Sequence record: OM337876.1
Length of the DNA stretch: 64,000 bases
Direction: 5' to 3' (one strand)
From: Klebsiella phage KP182
The position numbers were made by a program, and so were the translations under genes. Numbering within the stretch: the first letter of the stretch is position 1; every line of letters starts with the position of its first letter. The notes below the pieces were generated by a model. The model was given only the letters and a program-made list of their open reading frames with translations, was not told the origin of the DNA and ran no database searches. Shown here in pieces: positions 27,298 to 40,879 of the stretch.

Positions 27298-28239
27298 ATG
27301 TCATACAACACATACAACCCAAAAACGCTTAAAGACGCTATACTTCGACGTCTAGGAGCGCCGGTAATTAATGTCGAAGTAACTGAAGACCAAATTTATG
27401 ATTGTATTCAACGAGCATTAGAGTTGTATGGTGAATACCACTTTAACGGATTGAATAAAGGTTATCAAGTTTTTTATATTGGAAAAGACGAAGCTGACAA
27501 CGCAAGATTTTTAAACGGCGTGTTTGATTTGCGCGGCCGTAATGTATTTGCTGTCACCCAAATCGTTAGAACAAATGTAGGTTCATTAACTTCAATGGAT
27601 GGTAATGCTACCTATCCGTGGTTTACTGACTTTTTAATGGGAATGGCCGGAATTAATGGCGGAATGGGGTCAAGCTGTAATAAAAGTTATGGGCCAAATG
27701 CATTTGGTGCTGACCTTGGCTATTTTACTCAATTGATGACTTACTGGTCGATGATGCAAGATTTGCTTGCTCCTCTCCCGGATTATTGGTATAACTCTGA
27801 TAATGAAATGCTTAAAGTAATGGGCAACTTCATGAAGGGTGACATCATTGTCTGTGAATGCTGGACCAAATCATTTATGAATACAGATGTGATGGTAGGC
27901 AATACGGCAGGATACGGATTTGCCGGTCCGCAAACAGATGATAATTGGGGATTAGGAGATAGATACCAAAATCCTAGCCTTCGTAATAATGGTCAATATG
28001 CTGGTGAAGGTAATACAAATAGAGAAGGCGCATATAATAATCGTTGGGTAAAAGATTATGCTACAGCATTAACCAAAAAGCTGTGGGGTGAAATTCTTTT
28101 TAAACATCAGGGTCTGCAATTGGCCGGTGGAGTTACAGTTGATGGTCAAACACTTAAAGTAGAGGCCCAAGAAGAAATCGAGAGGCTCCGAGAGGAACTT
28201 GATTTACTTGACCCGGGTTGTCCTATTCTGTTGGGGTAA
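27298..28239 (+). CDS. 13: gp13 neck protein
   Basis: 313 aa; position. Confidence 0.8.
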   Translation: MSYNTYNPKTLKDAILRRLGAPVINVEVTEDQIYDCIQRALELYGEYHFNGLNKGYQVFYIGKDEADNARFLNGVFDLRGRNVFAVTQIVRTNVGSLTSMDGNATYPWFTDFLMGMAGINGGMGSSCNKSYGPNAFGADLGYFTQLMTYWSMMQDLLAPLPDYWYNSDNEMLKVMGNFMKGDIIVCECWTKSFMNTDVMVGNTAGYGFAGPQTDDNWGLGDRYQNPSLRNNGQYAGEGNTNREGAYNNRWVKDYATALTKKLWGEILFKHQGLQLAGGVTVDGQTLKVEAQEEIERLREELDLLDPGCPILLG

Positions 28240-28242
28240 AAG

Positions 28243-29019
28243 ATGACTACATTTAATTCTAGGCTCTTCGCTAAACTCGAAGATTATCGAGGATATAATA
28301 AAACTAATGAGACTGAAATTCTCAATCCTTATGTGAATTTTTACAATCATAGAAATAGTCAAACGTTAGCAGATGCTTTATCGGCTGAGGCTATTCAAAT
28401 GAGAGGAATTGAGTTTTATTTCCTTCCTCGTGAATATAACAATCCTGATTTGCTTTTTGGAGAAGACCCATCAAGTAAATTCACCAAAGCTTGGAAATTT
28501 GCTGCTTATTTAGATTCATTTGAAGGATATTCTGGCGATAACACATTCTTTAGTAAATTTGGTATGATGGTTAATGATGAAGTCAATTTGACTATTAATC
28601 CCAACCTATTCAAGCATCAAACTAATAATTCTGAACCAAAAGCCGGTGACCTAATTTATTTTCCTATGGATAACTCATTATTCGAAATTAACTGGGTTCA
28701 GCCATACGATCCATTTTATCAGTTAGGTCAAAATGTTCAACGCAAGATTACTGCACAAAAATACATTTATTCTGGTGAGCAGCTTCAGCCAGAATTGCAA
28801 CGTAATGAAGGCATTAATATTCCTGAATTTTCTGAGCTTGATTTAGAACCAATCAAAAATATAGATGCTCTTGCTGATATTTCTGATGTGCAGTACGCAG
28901 AAAGCGACGCAATCAATAAAGAAGCTGCTGAATACGTTCATCCGTATTATGTTAATAACGGAAGAGGACTTGAGTCTCCTCCTAAAGCAGATTCGTTTGA
29001 TGACGGATTTTTCGAATAA
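28243..29019 (+). CDS. 14: gp14 neck protein
   Basis: 258 aa; position. Confidence 0.8.
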   Translation: MTTFNSRLFAKLEDYRGYNKTNETEILNPYVNFYNHRNSQTLADALSAEAIQMRGIEFYFLPREYNNPDLLFGEDPSSKFTKAWKFAAYLDSFEGYSGDNTFFSKFGMMVNDEVNLTINPNLFKHQTNNSEPKAGDLIYFPMDNSLFEINWVQPYDPFYQLGQNVQRKITAQKYIYSGEQLQPELQRNEGINIPEFSELDLEPIKNIDALADISDVQYAESDAINKEAAEYVHPYYVNNGRGLESPPKADSFDDGFFE

Positions 29020-29028
29020 ATAATCTAT

Positions 29029-29616
29029 ATGATATATGATAAAGTAGGAATATGGCTTGGTGATTTAGCGGATGAATATCTGTCGGTGGTCACCAAGCCA
29101 CCTAAGACTAAATACACCGAAAAGCATCATATTCTTCCTAAATCACTATTTCCTGAATATGAAACAGTTCCAGAGAATATTGTTTCTCTTGATATTTTAG
29201 ATCATTTAAATGCTCATGAAATACTAGCGAAAACAAAAGACCCTAAAATGATTATGGCTTTTTGGATTATGTTTAGTAGTTCAAAACGTAGGAAATTAGA
29301 TTTATCTAATGATGAATTGAAGATAAAATATGAAAAAGCTCGCATAGAAATGAAGCGAGTTAAATCCGAATGGGGAAAATCTAGAGTAGGTAAATTAAAT
29401 CCATTCTTTGGCAAACACCATGGAGAATATGCAAAAAGACGTGCTAGTGAAACCCATAAAGGAAAGAAACTTAGCAAAGAGCATGCCAAGTCATTTGGTC
29501 AAGCTCAAAAAGGTGTTCCAAAAAGAAAAGTGGAATGCCCTCACTGCCATCAAATGATTCCTTATAATTTAATTAATAGATGGCATAATGATAACTGTAA
29601 ATTTAAAGAAGATTAA
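29029..29616 (+). CDS. HNH homing endonuclease (divergent paralog)
   Basis: YTEKHHILPKS...ENIVSLDILDHLNAHEIL; C-terminal CPHC...C zinc motif; inserted between 14 and 15. Confidence 0.7.
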   Translation: MIYDKVGIWLGDLADEYLSVVTKPPKTKYTEKHHILPKSLFPEYETVPENIVSLDILDHLNAHEILAKTKDPKMIMAFWIMFSSSKRRKLDLSNDELKIKYEKARIEMKRVKSEWGKSRVGKLNPFFGKHHGEYAKRRASETHKGKKLSKEHAKSFGQAQKGVPKRKVECPHCHQMIPYNLINRWHNDNCKFKED

Positions 29617-29673
29617 TGGGGGTGGTTTATTTTTGGACATTGGTATAATTCGTCCTTACGCCGATACATTGTA

Positions 29674-30449
29674 TTGCTTGGAGATTTATTTTCTCATGTA
29701 CAAATTGCTCGTTGGCGTGAAGACACTGGACTAAAATATATTAAAGTACCTATCACTTATGCTTCAAAGGAAAAGTTCCTTTCTCAGCTTGGAAAATGGA
29801 CTGCTATTCAGTCTACCGAGAATAAAGCAAAAATAGAAACTGTTTTGCCAAGAATGAATTTGCACTTGGTTGATATGCAATACAACGCGATGTATAAAAC
29901 ATCACAACTAAATAGAACCAAGTCATATAAAACTCCTTCAAAAATTACATCTCAATATAATCCTACTCCTATTAAGATGATTTTTGAATTAGGAATTTAT
30001 ACACGCAATCAAGATGATATGTATCAAATCATCGAGCAAATCGTTCCTTATTTTCAGCCTCACTTCAATACGACCATAACTGAGCTTTACGACAAAGACA
30101 CAAGTTTTAATCGTGATGTTAGAATTGTATTACAGTCATTTTCTCAGGATGAAGCTGTTGATGGAGACAATATCACTCGTCGTAGATTAGAATGGTCATT
30201 AATGTTTGAAGTCAATGGCTGGCTGTATCCGCCTGTAGCTGAAATTGACGGCGAAATTAGAACCATTTATTTAGATTTCTTCGCTAACAGCAAAGAGCTA
30301 ACTCCAGAAGGAAACTTTGAATCAGTAGATAGCGAAGTTACTCCACGAGATGTTCAGCAAGAAGACTGGGATGGCTCTAGTAAACAAACTTATTCTCACG
30401 ATATTCCTATTCCGGTAAATCCGGAGGCTCCTGGACCGAGAGGTGAAAA

Positions 30450-30453
<4 letters not shown>
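29674..30453 (+). CDS. 15: gp15 tail sheath stabiliser / tail terminator
   Basis: 259 aa; position. Confidence 0.8.
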
Positions 30454-32778
<2,325 letters not shown>

Positions 32779-32808
32779 ATAAAAAGCAAACAACATTGAG
32801 GATATATC

Positions 32809-34782
32809 ATGCCTTTAGTCTCTCCTGGAATTGAGCTCAAAGAAACGAGCGTACAGAGCACGGTAGTACTTAACGCTACAGGTCGTGCCGCAATTGTCGG
32901 GAAGTTCCAATGGGGTCCTGCATATCAAGTTACTCAAATCACTAATGAAGTTGAACTGGTTGATATGTTTGGCGGCCCTAATAACCAAACTGCTGATTAC
33001 TTTATGTCAGCAATGAACTTTCTGCAATATGGTAATGATCTACGCACCGTCCGTGTAGTTAACCGTGAAGCTGCTAAAAACGCATCTCCATTGGTTGATA
33101 ATATTGAATGGGAAATCACAACAGCTGGCAGTAACTATGAAGTTGGTGATAAAATTACGGTTAAATATGCAGACCAAACCGTAGATGACACCGGTTTAGT
33201 TACCGAGGTAGATAGTGACGGGAAAATTATGTCGGTGTTCATTCCGACATCAAAGATTATTGCATATGCAAAAAGCATTAATCAGTACCCAGATTTAGGG
33301 TCTTCGTGGACAACTACCGTTACTTCACAGAGTTCTGGTGTTTCCGCTGTCATTACTTTAGGTAAAATTATTTCTGAGTCTACAGTTCTACTGACTGAAC
33401 ATGAAACTGCCCATGAAGAAATGACAAAAACTGAATTCCAGACTGCGCTTGCGCAATATAAAATGCCTGGAATTGTAGCTGCGTATCCGGGCGAGCTCGG
33501 AAACCAACTAGAAATTGAAATTGTATCAAAAGCCGCTTTTGATAAAGGCGAACAACTGACGATTTATCCGAGTGGTGGACAGCGTGCATCAACCGCAAAA
33601 GCCGTATTTGGATATGGTCCTCAGACCGATACTCAGTACGCTATCATTGTTCGTAGAGATGGCGCGGTAGTTGAATCAACTGTGTTATCAACAAGCCGTC
33701 AAGATAAAGACATCTACGGAAATAACATCTTTATGGACGATTATTTCTCCAAAGGTTCTTCACGTTATATATTTGCTACCGCGCAAGGATGGCCTGAAGG
33801 ATTTTCCGGTGTTATTCGTCTGGGTGGTGGGGTTTCAGCTAATGAATCAGTTACGGCTGGCGATTTAATTCAAGGTTGGGATTTATTTGGTGACCGTGAA
33901 GCATTGCGCGTAAACCTTCTGATTGCTGGTGCTTGTGCCGGTGAAACCGATGAAATCGCAAGCACAGTACAAAAACACGTTTCGTCTATTGCAGATGAGC
34001 GTCAAGACTGTTTAGCACTCATTTCGCCTCCAAGGTCAACGATTGTAAATATTCCTCTGACTCGTGCTGTTGATAATTTAATCGACTGGCGCCAAGGCGA
34101 TGGAACTTATGATTCTGCCAATATGAACATTAATACCACGTACGCGGCAATTGACGGCAACTATAAATATCAGTATGATAAATATAACGACGTAAACCGT
34201 TGGGTTCCGTTAGCTGCTGATATTGCAGGTCTGTGTGCTCGTACTGATGATATTGCTCAGCCTTGGATGTCACCAGCTGGATATCGTCGTGGTCAGATTT
34301 TAAATTGCATCAAATTGGCAATTGAACCGCGTCAGGCACATCGTGACCGCATGTACCAAGCAGGTATTAACCCGGTAACGGGTCAAGGTACCGGTGAAGG
34401 TTTCATTCTGTTTGGTGATAAGACTGCAACCACTGTTCCAACGCCGTTTGACCGAATTAACGTTCGTCGCTTGTTTAACATGCTGAAGAACAACATCGGT
34501 GATTCTTCTAAGTGGCAGCTGTTTGAATTAAACGATAACTTTACCCGTAGTTCTTTCCGTATGGAAACCAGCCAATACCTCGCAGGTATTAAAGCTCTGG
34601 GTGGTGTATATGACTTCCGAGTTGTATGTGATACCACGAACAACACTCCAGCAGTTATCGACCGCAACGAGTTTGTAGCGAGCTTCTATATCAAACCGGC
34701 CAGATCGATAAATTATATCACTCTGAACTTCGTTGCTACGGCAACTGGAGCAGATTTTGATGAGTTGATTGGACCACAGTAA
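32809..34782 (+). CDS. 18: tail sheath protein
   Basis: 657 aa; position. Confidence 0.9.
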   Translation: MPLVSPGIELKETSVQSTVVLNATGRAAIVGKFQWGPAYQVTQITNEVELVDMFGGPNNQTADYFMSAMNFLQYGNDLRTVRVVNREAAKNASPLVDNIEWEITTAGSNYEVGDKITVKYADQTVDDTGLVTEVDSDGKIMSVFIPTSKIIAYAKSINQYPDLGSSWTTTVTSQSSGVSAVITLGKIISESTVLLTEHETAHEEMTKTEFQTALAQYKMPGIVAAYPGELGNQLEIEIVSKAAFDKGEQLTIYPSGGQRASTAKAVFGYGPQTDTQYAIIVRRDGAVVESTVLSTSRQDKDIYGNNIFMDDYFSKGSSRYIFATAQGWPEGFSGVIRLGGGVSANESVTAGDLIQGWDLFGDREALRVNLLIAGACAGETDEIASTVQKHVSSIADERQDCLALISPPRSTIVNIPLTRAVDNLIDWRQGDGTYDSANMNINTTYAAIDGNYKYQYDKYNDVNRWVPLAADIAGLCARTDDIAQPWMSPAGYRRGQILNCIKLAIEPRQAHRDRMYQAGINPVTGQGTGEGFILFGDKTATTVPTPFDRINVRRLFNMLKNNIGDSSKWQLFELNDNFTRSSFRMETSQYLAGIKALGGVYDFRVVCDTTNNTPAVIDRNEFVASFYIKPARSINYITLNFVATATGADFDELIGPQ

Positions 34783-34885
34783 TATGAACCCCAGGACATT
34801 CTGGGGTCATCTAATCTTTAGATGATAAATTATATTACCGCAAACTTTAATAGCCTCTATGATGATGTAGTCAATCGAGAGGCTA

Positions 34886-34893
34886 TATAAATA
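34886..34893 (+). promoter_or_regulatory. late promoter TATAAATA upstream of gene 19
   Basis: exact motif. Confidence 0.55.
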
Positions 34894-34909
34894 TCTATAG
34901 GAAACAACG

Positions 34910-35401
34910 ATGGAATTAACAGACATCACTCGTGCGTTTGAATCTGGTGACTTTGCGCGTCCTAACCTGTTTGAGGTAGAAATTCCTTATCTGGGTCGTA
35001 ACTTCAGTTTCAAATGCAAAGCAGCACCGATGCCGGCAGGTATCGTAGAAAAAGTTCCAGTTGGGTACATGAACCGTAAGATTAACGTCGCTGGTGACCG
35101 TACTTATGACGACTGGACTGTTACCATCTATAACGATGATAAACATGAAGTACGTAAGGCAATTATTGCTTGGCAGGCTCAGGCCCACGCTCAAGGAAAC
35201 GATATCTCTGGTATGACTCCAGCTGATTACAAAAAAGTTGCTACTGTACGCCAATTTAGTCGTGATGGCAAAACTGTCACAAATGAACACACCATTACCG
35301 GTCTGTGGCCAACTAACGTTGGTGAAGTACAGATGGACTGGGACAGTAATAATGAGGTAGAAACGTTTGAAACTACCTTTGCTATTGACTGGTGGGAATA
35401 A
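34910..35401 (+). CDS. 19: tail tube protein
   Basis: 163 aa, as I recall for T4 gp19. Confidence 0.9.
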   Translation: MELTDITRAFESGDFARPNLFEVEIPYLGRNFSFKCKAAPMPAGIVEKVPVGYMNRKINVAGDRTYDDWTVTIYNDDKHEVRKAIIAWQAQAHAQGNDISGMTPADYKKVATVRQFSRDGKTVTNEHTITGLWPTNVGEVQMDWDSNNEVETFETTFAIDWWE

Positions 35402-35470
35402 TGCTATGGGGCTTCGGCCCCGTATCGAAGTTCTGTGAGTTATTTGCTTAAATATCTGACAAAACTTCGA

Positions 35471-35478
35471 TATAAATA
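35471..35478 (+). promoter_or_regulatory. late promoter TATAAATA upstream of gene 20
   Basis: exact motif; preceded by GGGGC-ttcg-GCCCC hairpin at 35407-35420. Confidence 0.55.
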
Positions 35479-35505
35479 TACTTATAGATAATTTCGGAGA
35501 CTCCA

Positions 35506-37074
35506 ATGGCCTTTCATATTTTGGACTTATTCGCTCCGTGGGAAAAACGCGACGAAGCTGAATATAAGCAACAAATCAACAATGACCTAGAGTCAATCAC
35601 TGCTCCAAAATTTGATGATGGAGCTCGTGAAGTTGAATCAAACGAAAACGAAATCCAGTATAATTCATTCAACCAAATGATGTTTGGTTTCAATGAACCT
35701 GGAATGAAAACAACTGCTGATTTAATCAACACTTATCGCAGTTTAATGAATAACTACGAAGTTGACAATGCTGTTGAAGAAATAGTTTCTGACGCAGTTG
35801 TATACGAAGACGGTCATCCAGTAGTTTCTCTTGATTTAGATTCTACCGACTTCAGTCAAGCAATTAAAGACCGCATTCTTGAAGAATTTAATACAGTTTT
35901 AACATGCCTTAATTTCGAGCGAAAAGGAGCCGACCATTTCCGCCGTTGGTATGTTGACTCAAGAATATTCTTCCATAAAATCGTCAACACCAAGAAAATG
36001 AAAGACGGAATTCAGGAACTGAGACGTCTTGACCCGCGCAACTTGCAATTCATCCGTGAAATCGTTACCGCTGATGACGCTGGTACTAAAATCGTTAAGG
36101 GGTACAAAGAATATTTCATTTACGATACCGGCAAAGAAAGTTATTATGCAGATGGCAGATTATATTCCGCCGGAACGAAAATTAAAATTCCACGCGATGC
36201 TATCGTATATGCACATTCTGGACTAGTTGATTGTTCAGGTCAAAACATCATCGGTTATTTACATCGAGCCGTTAAACCCGCCAACCAGTTAAAGCTATTA
36301 GAAGATGCGTTGGTAATTTATCGTATTACTCGTGCTCCTGACCGTCGTGTGTTTTACATTGACACTGGTAATATGCCTTCTCGTAAAGCGGCAGCTCATA
36401 TGCAACATATTATGAACACGATGAAAAATCGCGTTGTATATGATGCATCAACCGGTAAGATTAAAAATCAGCAACATAATATGTCAATGACAGAAGACTA
36501 TTGGTTGCAGCGTAGAGATGGTAAAGCAGTTACTGAAGTAGATACTCTTCCTGGTATGTCAGGTATGAGTGATATGGATGACGTCCGTTACTTTAGAACA
36601 GCGTTATACATGGCATTGCGAGTTCCTCTTTCGCGCATGCCAGATGCAAATAATCAAGGTGGTGTGCAGTTTGATGCTGGTACAGCAATCACTCGTGACG
36701 AACTTGATTTTGCCAAATTTATTCGTAGATTACAGCATAAATTTGAAGAGATTATGCTTGATCCACTTCGCACTAATCTAATTCTTAAAAAGGTTTTGTC
36801 TAAAGATGAGTGGGAAGACGAAATAAATAATATTAAGATTGTGTTCCATAAAGACTCATATTTCACCGAGTTGAAAGATGCTGAAGTTATGGAGCGTAGA
36901 ATCAATATGCTCACAATGGCTGAACCGTTTATCGGCAAGTATATTTCTCATAAGACAGCAATGAAAGACTTCCTTCAGATGTCAGATGAAGAAATTGAAC
37001 AAGAAGCCAAGCAAATTGAATTAGAGTCTAAAGAGGCTCGCTTCCAAGACCAAGAAAATGAAGAGGATTTCTAA
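35506..37074 (+). CDS. 20: portal vertex protein
   Basis: 522 aa; position. Confidence 0.9.
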   Translation: MAFHILDLFAPWEKRDEAEYKQQINNDLESITAPKFDDGAREVESNENEIQYNSFNQMMFGFNEPGMKTTADLINTYRSLMNNYEVDNAVEEIVSDAVVYEDGHPVVSLDLDSTDFSQAIKDRILEEFNTVLTCLNFERKGADHFRRWYVDSRIFFHKIVNTKKMKDGIQELRRLDPRNLQFIREIVTADDAGTKIVKGYKEYFIYDTGKESYYADGRLYSAGTKIKIPRDAIVYAHSGLVDCSGQNIIGYLHRAVKPANQLKLLEDALVIYRITRAPDRRVFYIDTGNMPSRKAAAHMQHIMNTMKNRVVYDASTGKIKNQQHNMSMTEDYWLQRRDGKAVTEVDTLPGMSGMSDMDDVRYFRTALYMALRVPLSRMPDANNQGGVQFDAGTAITRDELDFAKFIRRLQHKFEEIMLDPLRTNLILKKVLSKDEWEDEINNIKIVFHKDSYFTELKDAEVMERRINMLTMAEPFIGKYISHKTAMKDFLQMSDEEIEQEAKQIELESKEARFQDQENEEDF

Positions 37075-37298
37075 TGGAAAATTATATTTCCGCAATTGAA
37101 TCCAGAGACCTCGTAGCAGCCAAAAAAGCTTTTGGTGCAATTATGGCTGAACGGACATCTGGTTTAATTGAAGAGCGCAAAAAATTTATCGCAGCGTCTG
37201 TCATGATTGAGGGTGAAGAGCCCGATGAGGACGAAGATGAAGACGACGAAGACGAAGATAAGTCTGATAAAGACGAAGACGACGAAGAGGACGAGTAA
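37074..37298 (+). CDS. 67: prohead core protein gp67 (acidic C-terminus)
   Basis: 74 aa with [22 protein letters not shown] tail. Confidence 0.7.
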   Translation: MENYISAIESRDLVAAKKAFGAIMAERTSGLIEERKKFIAASVMIEGEEPDEDEDEDDEDEDKSDKDEDDEEDE

Positions 37299-37723
37299 TG
37301 CTTATACTGCCTGAAAATCATGAATTAGTTATCGACACTGTCGAAGCTCTTCTTCCTGAAGCCCAGGCACGTTTTGATAAGTTGTCCGCAGCGCTCTCTA
37401 AAGATGATATAAATAAAATTGTAGAGAATCTTGTTGCTTCTGAGCCTGATTTAGCAATTGCTTTAGGTTCAATCAATGAATCTCTACAACTAAATGAATT
37501 TATCGTTAAACACGTTGATTCTAAAGGTACTATTACACGTACTAAGGATCGTAAAACACGTGAGCGTAACGCGTTCCAAACAACTGGACTTTCTAAAGCT
37601 AAACGCCGCCAAATCGCGCGTAAAGCAGTAAAATCAAAACGTGCTAATCCATCGGCTCAAATTCGTGGATTACGTAAACGTAAGAAAGCACTTAAACGCC
37701 GTCAGGCTCTGGGGCTAAGTTAA
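37298..37723 (+). CDS. 68: prohead core protein gp68
   Basis: 141 aa; position. Confidence 0.7.
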   Translation: MLILPENHELVIDTVEALLPEAQARFDKLSAALSKDDINKIVENLVASEPDLAIALGSINESLQLNEFIVKHVDSKGTITRTKDRKTRERNAFQTTGLSKAKRRQIARKAVKSKRANPSAQIRGLRKRKKALKRRQALGLS

Positions 37724-38373
37724 TGGAAAACCTCAATGAACAACTTTTAATTGAGCATTGGGGTCAACCGGGCGATGTAATTGATGGTAAACCAATGCTA
37801 GAATCTATTATCGTTGAAGGCGAAAATGAATCTGGCTTAAAACCTGGTCTGTATATTGAAGGTGTTTTTATGCAGGCAGAAGTAGTAAACCGTAATAAAC
37901 GTCTTTATCCAAAACGCATTCTTGAGACTGCGGTAAGCCGTTATATTAAGGAACAGGTTGCTACTCGTCAGGCTCTAGGAGAATTAAACCATCCACCTCG
38001 CGCAAATGTTGACCCGATGCAAGCCGCAATCATTATCGAAGATATGTGGTGGAAAGGCAACGATGTTTATGGGCGTGCAAGAATCATCGAAGGAGACCAC
38101 GGTCCAGGTGATAAATTAGCCGCTAACATCCGTGCTGGTTGGATTCCTGGTGTATCAAGCCGCGGGCTCGGTTCTTTAAAAGACTCAGGAAAAGGATATA
38201 ACATCGTACAAGAAGGCTTCCGCCTGACTGTTGGTGTAGACGCAGTTTGGGGTCCTAGTGCTCCGGATGCATGGGTACAACCGAAACAAATTTCGGAAAA
38301 TACCTCGGCACAAGTTGCCAATAGTGCTGATGATGCTTTTATGGCTCTCGCAGAGAAGTTAAAAGCGTTATAA
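37723..38373 (+). CDS. 21: prohead core protease
   Basis: 216 aa; position. Confidence 0.85.
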   Translation: MENLNEQLLIEHWGQPGDVIDGKPMLESIIVEGENESGLKPGLYIEGVFMQAEVVNRNKRLYPKRILETAVSRYIKEQVATRQALGELNHPPRANVDPMQAAIIIEDMWWKGNDVYGRARIIEGDHGPGDKLAANIRAGWIPGVSSRGLGSLKDSGKGYNIVQEGFRLTVGVDAVWGPSAPDAWVQPKQISENTSAQVANSADDAFMALAEKLKAL

Positions 38374-38376
38374 ATA
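38369..38376 (+). promoter_or_regulatory. late promoter TATAAATA upstream of gene 22
   Basis: exact motif. Confidence 0.55.
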
Positions 38377-38405
38377 ATTATGTAACTTAACACAGGACAT
38401 CAAAA

Positions 38406-39218
38406 ATGCTTAAAGAACTTTTAATGACCGAAGCTAAAACTATCGATGCTTCCGTCGCTCTTGACAGTATTTTCGAATCAGTTCAGCTTTCTCCGGAAGC
38501 TAAAGCTAACTTCAGCACTGTATTCGAAGCAACAGTCAAAAAACACGCCGTAGCTCTGGCAGAATCTCACATTGAAAAGATTGCTGAGAAAGCAGAAGAA
38601 AAAGTAGAAGAAGAAAAAGAAAAAGCTAAAGAAGAAGCTCGCGAAGAGCTGAAAGAAGCTGCTTCTAAATACTTTGACCATATCGCTGCAGAATGGATGG
38701 CAGAAAACCAGCTGGCGGTTGACCGCGGTATTAAAGCTGACCTGTTTGAATCCATGTTTGTCGGTATGAAAGAGCTGTTTGTTGAGCACAACGTTGTAAT
38801 TCCTGAAGAATCAGTAGACGTAGTAGCTGAGATGGAAGAAGAACTTGCTGAGCAAAAAGCAGAAACTGCTCGTTTATTTGAAGAAGTTTCTAAACGCGAT
38901 GAGTATATCAATTATGCCCAACGTGAGTATGCTATTCAAGAAGCAACCCGTGAACTGACTGATACCCAAAAAGAGAAAGTAGTTTCTCTGACAGAGGGCA
39001 TGGATTATTCTGACGCATTTTCAACTAAGCTGAAAGCTATTGTTGAAATGGTGCAGGGTTCTGTAGAGCAGTCTGTAACGGAATCTGCCGATATAAATAC
39101 TATCGACAAAGAAGCAGACGGTTTAAACTTCACAACTGAAGCAGTAGAAGAAACTCCTGCGACTAAAACCCCATCCGTTATGGATGCTTATGTGGCCCAA
39201 GCGGCTCGTCTTTCTTAA
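38406..39218 (+). CDS. 22: prohead scaffold protein
   Basis: 270 aa, Glu/Lys/Ala-rich. Confidence 0.8.
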   Translation: MLKELLMTEAKTIDASVALDSIFESVQLSPEAKANFSTVFEATVKKHAVALAESHIEKIAEKAEEKVEEEKEKAKEEAREELKEAASKYFDHIAAEWMAENQLAVDRGIKADLFESMFVGMKELFVEHNVVIPEESVDVVAEMEEELAEQKAETARLFEEVSKRDEYINYAQREYAIQEATRELTDTQKEKVVSLTEGMDYSDAFSTKLKAIVEMVQGSVEQSVTESADINTIDKEADGLNFTTEAVEETPATKTPSVMDAYVAQAARLS

Positions 39219-39238
39219 TTTAAAAGGTTATACAACAC

Positions 39239-40798
39239 ATGAAAAAGAATAAACTTATCGAAAAATGGCAGCCGCTGCTTGAGAACGAAGCTCTGCCGGA
39301 AATTGTTGGCGCTAGCAAAAAAGCTCTGATCGCTAAGATTTTTGAAAACCAGGAAGCTGATATTAATCAGGCTCCAGAATACCGCGATGAAAAAATCGCT
39401 GAAGCATTTGGTTCTTTCCTGTCTGAAGCAGAAATTGGCGGTGACCACGGTTATGATGCACAGAACATCGCAGCTGGTCAGACCTCTGGTGCTGTAACCC
39501 AGATTGGCCCGGCAGTTATGGGTATGGTTCGTCGTGCTATCCCTAACCTGATTGCTTTCGATATCTGTGGTGTACAGCCGATGTCTAACCCAACCGGTCA
39601 GGTATTCGCTCTCCGCGCTGTTTACGGCAAAGACCCTCTGGCTGCTGGTGCTAAAGAAGCTTTCCATCCGATGTACGCTCCGGATGCAATGTTCTCTGGT
39701 CAGGGTGCAACCGAGAAGTTTGAAGCAGTTAAAGCTGGTGCTGCTCTGACTGTTGGTGATATCGTTGTTCACGATTTCGCACAGACCGGTCGTGCTCATC
39801 TGCAGGTTGTTGAAGATTTCACTGTAGACGCTGGTGCTACCGATGCTGCTAAACTGGACGCTGCAGTTACTGCTGCTCTGGAAGCTGGTAAAGTTGTAGA
39901 AATCGCCGAAGGTATGGCTACTTCCGTTGCTGAACTGCAAGAAGCATTTAACGGTTCTAAAGATAACCCGTGGAATGAAATGGGCTTCCGTATCGATAAA
40001 CAAACTATCGAAGCGAAATCTCGTCAGCTGAAAGCACAGTATTCCATCGAACTGGCTCAGGACCTCCGTGCTGTTCACGGTATGGACGCTGATGCTGAAT
40101 TGAGTTCAATCCTGGCTACCGAAATTATGCTGGAAATCAACCGTGAAGTTGTTGACTGGATTAACTACTCCGCTCAGGTTGGTAAATCTGGTATGACCCA
40201 GACTGTTGGTTCTAAAGCCGGTGTATTCGACTTCCAAGACCCGATTGATATCCGTGGTGCTCGTTGGGCAGGTGAAAGCTTTAAAGCTCTGCTGTTCCAG
40301 ATTGACAAAGAATCCGCTGAAATCGCCCGTCAGACCGGTCGCGGTGAAGGTAACTTCATTATCGCTTCCCGTAACGTAGTTAACGTACTGGCAGCTGTTG
40401 ATACCAACGTATCTCCGGCAGCTCAGGGTCTGGGTCGTGGTTATAATACCGACACCACTAAAGCAGTATTTGCTGGTGTTCTGGGTGGTCGCTACCGTGT
40501 ATACATCGACCAGTATGCTCGTCAGGATTACTTCACCATCGGTTATAAAGGTGCTAACGAAATGGATGCTGGTATCTACTATGCTCCGTATGTTGCACTG
40601 ACCCCGCTGCGTGGTTCCGATCCGAAGAACTTCCAACCGGTCATGGGGTTCAAAACCCGTTACGGTATCGGTATTAACCCGTTCGCCGATTCTGCTGCTC
40701 AACAGCCGAAAGGTCGTATTACCTCTGGTATGCCTTCTATCGTCAACTCTGTTGGTAAGAATGCTTACTTCCGTCGTGTATGGGTTAAAGGTATCTAA
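39239..40798 (+). CDS. 23: major capsid protein
   Basis: 519 aa; strong codon bias generating long antisense ORFs. Confidence 0.95.
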   Translation: MKKNKLIEKWQPLLENEALPEIVGASKKALIAKIFENQEADINQAPEYRDEKIAEAFGSFLSEAEIGGDHGYDAQNIAAGQTSGAVTQIGPAVMGMVRRAIPNLIAFDICGVQPMSNPTGQVFALRAVYGKDPLAAGAKEAFHPMYAPDAMFSGQGATEKFEAVKAGAALTVGDIVVHDFAQTGRAHLQVVEDFTVDAGATDAAKLDAAVTAALEAGKVVEIAEGMATSVAELQEAFNGSKDNPWNEMGFRIDKQTIEAKSRQLKAQYSIELAQDLRAVHGMDADAELSSILATEIMLEINREVVDWINYSAQVGKSGMTQTVGSKAGVFDFQDPIDIRGARWAGESFKALLFQIDKESAEIARQTGRGEGNFIIASRNVVNVLAAVDTNVSPAAQGLGRGYNTDTTKAVFAGVLGGRYRVYIDQYARQDYFTIGYKGANEMDAGIYYAPYVALTPLRGSDPKNFQPVMGFKTRYGIGINPFADSAAQQPKGRITSGMPSIVNSVGKNAYFRRVWVKGI

Positions 40799-40807
40799 TA
40801 CCAATAA

Positions 40808-40833
40808 GGGAGCCTTCGGGCTCCCTTTAGTTG
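40808..40833 (+). terminator. terminator GGGAGCC-ttcg-GGCTCCC + T-rich
   Basis: seen in sequence after gene 23. Confidence 0.65.
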
Positions 40834-40843
40834 TTTTAATGGA

Positions 40844-40851
40844 TATAAATA
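40844..40851 (+). promoter_or_regulatory. late promoter TATAAATA upstream of gene 24
   Basis: exact motif. Confidence 0.6.
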
Positions 40852-40879
40852 AACTTATAAATCCACAGAGGAAAGCGCA

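Noticed and set aside
34916-35506. 196-aa antisense ORF covering gene 19
   Set aside because: Same codon-bias artefact; overlaps the tail tube gene completely.
37082-37321. Ser-rich 79-aa ORF antisense to gp67
   Set aside because: It is the mirror image of the poly-Asp/Glu codon run of gp67 (GAn repeats read as TCn); not a gene.
39215-40804. Long antisense ORFs (287 aa and 232 aa) on the minus strand inside gene 23
   Set aside because: They are fully embedded opposite the major capsid gene, whose strong codon bias depletes stop codons in the reverse frame. No promoter/SD context was seen and no recognisable motifs.
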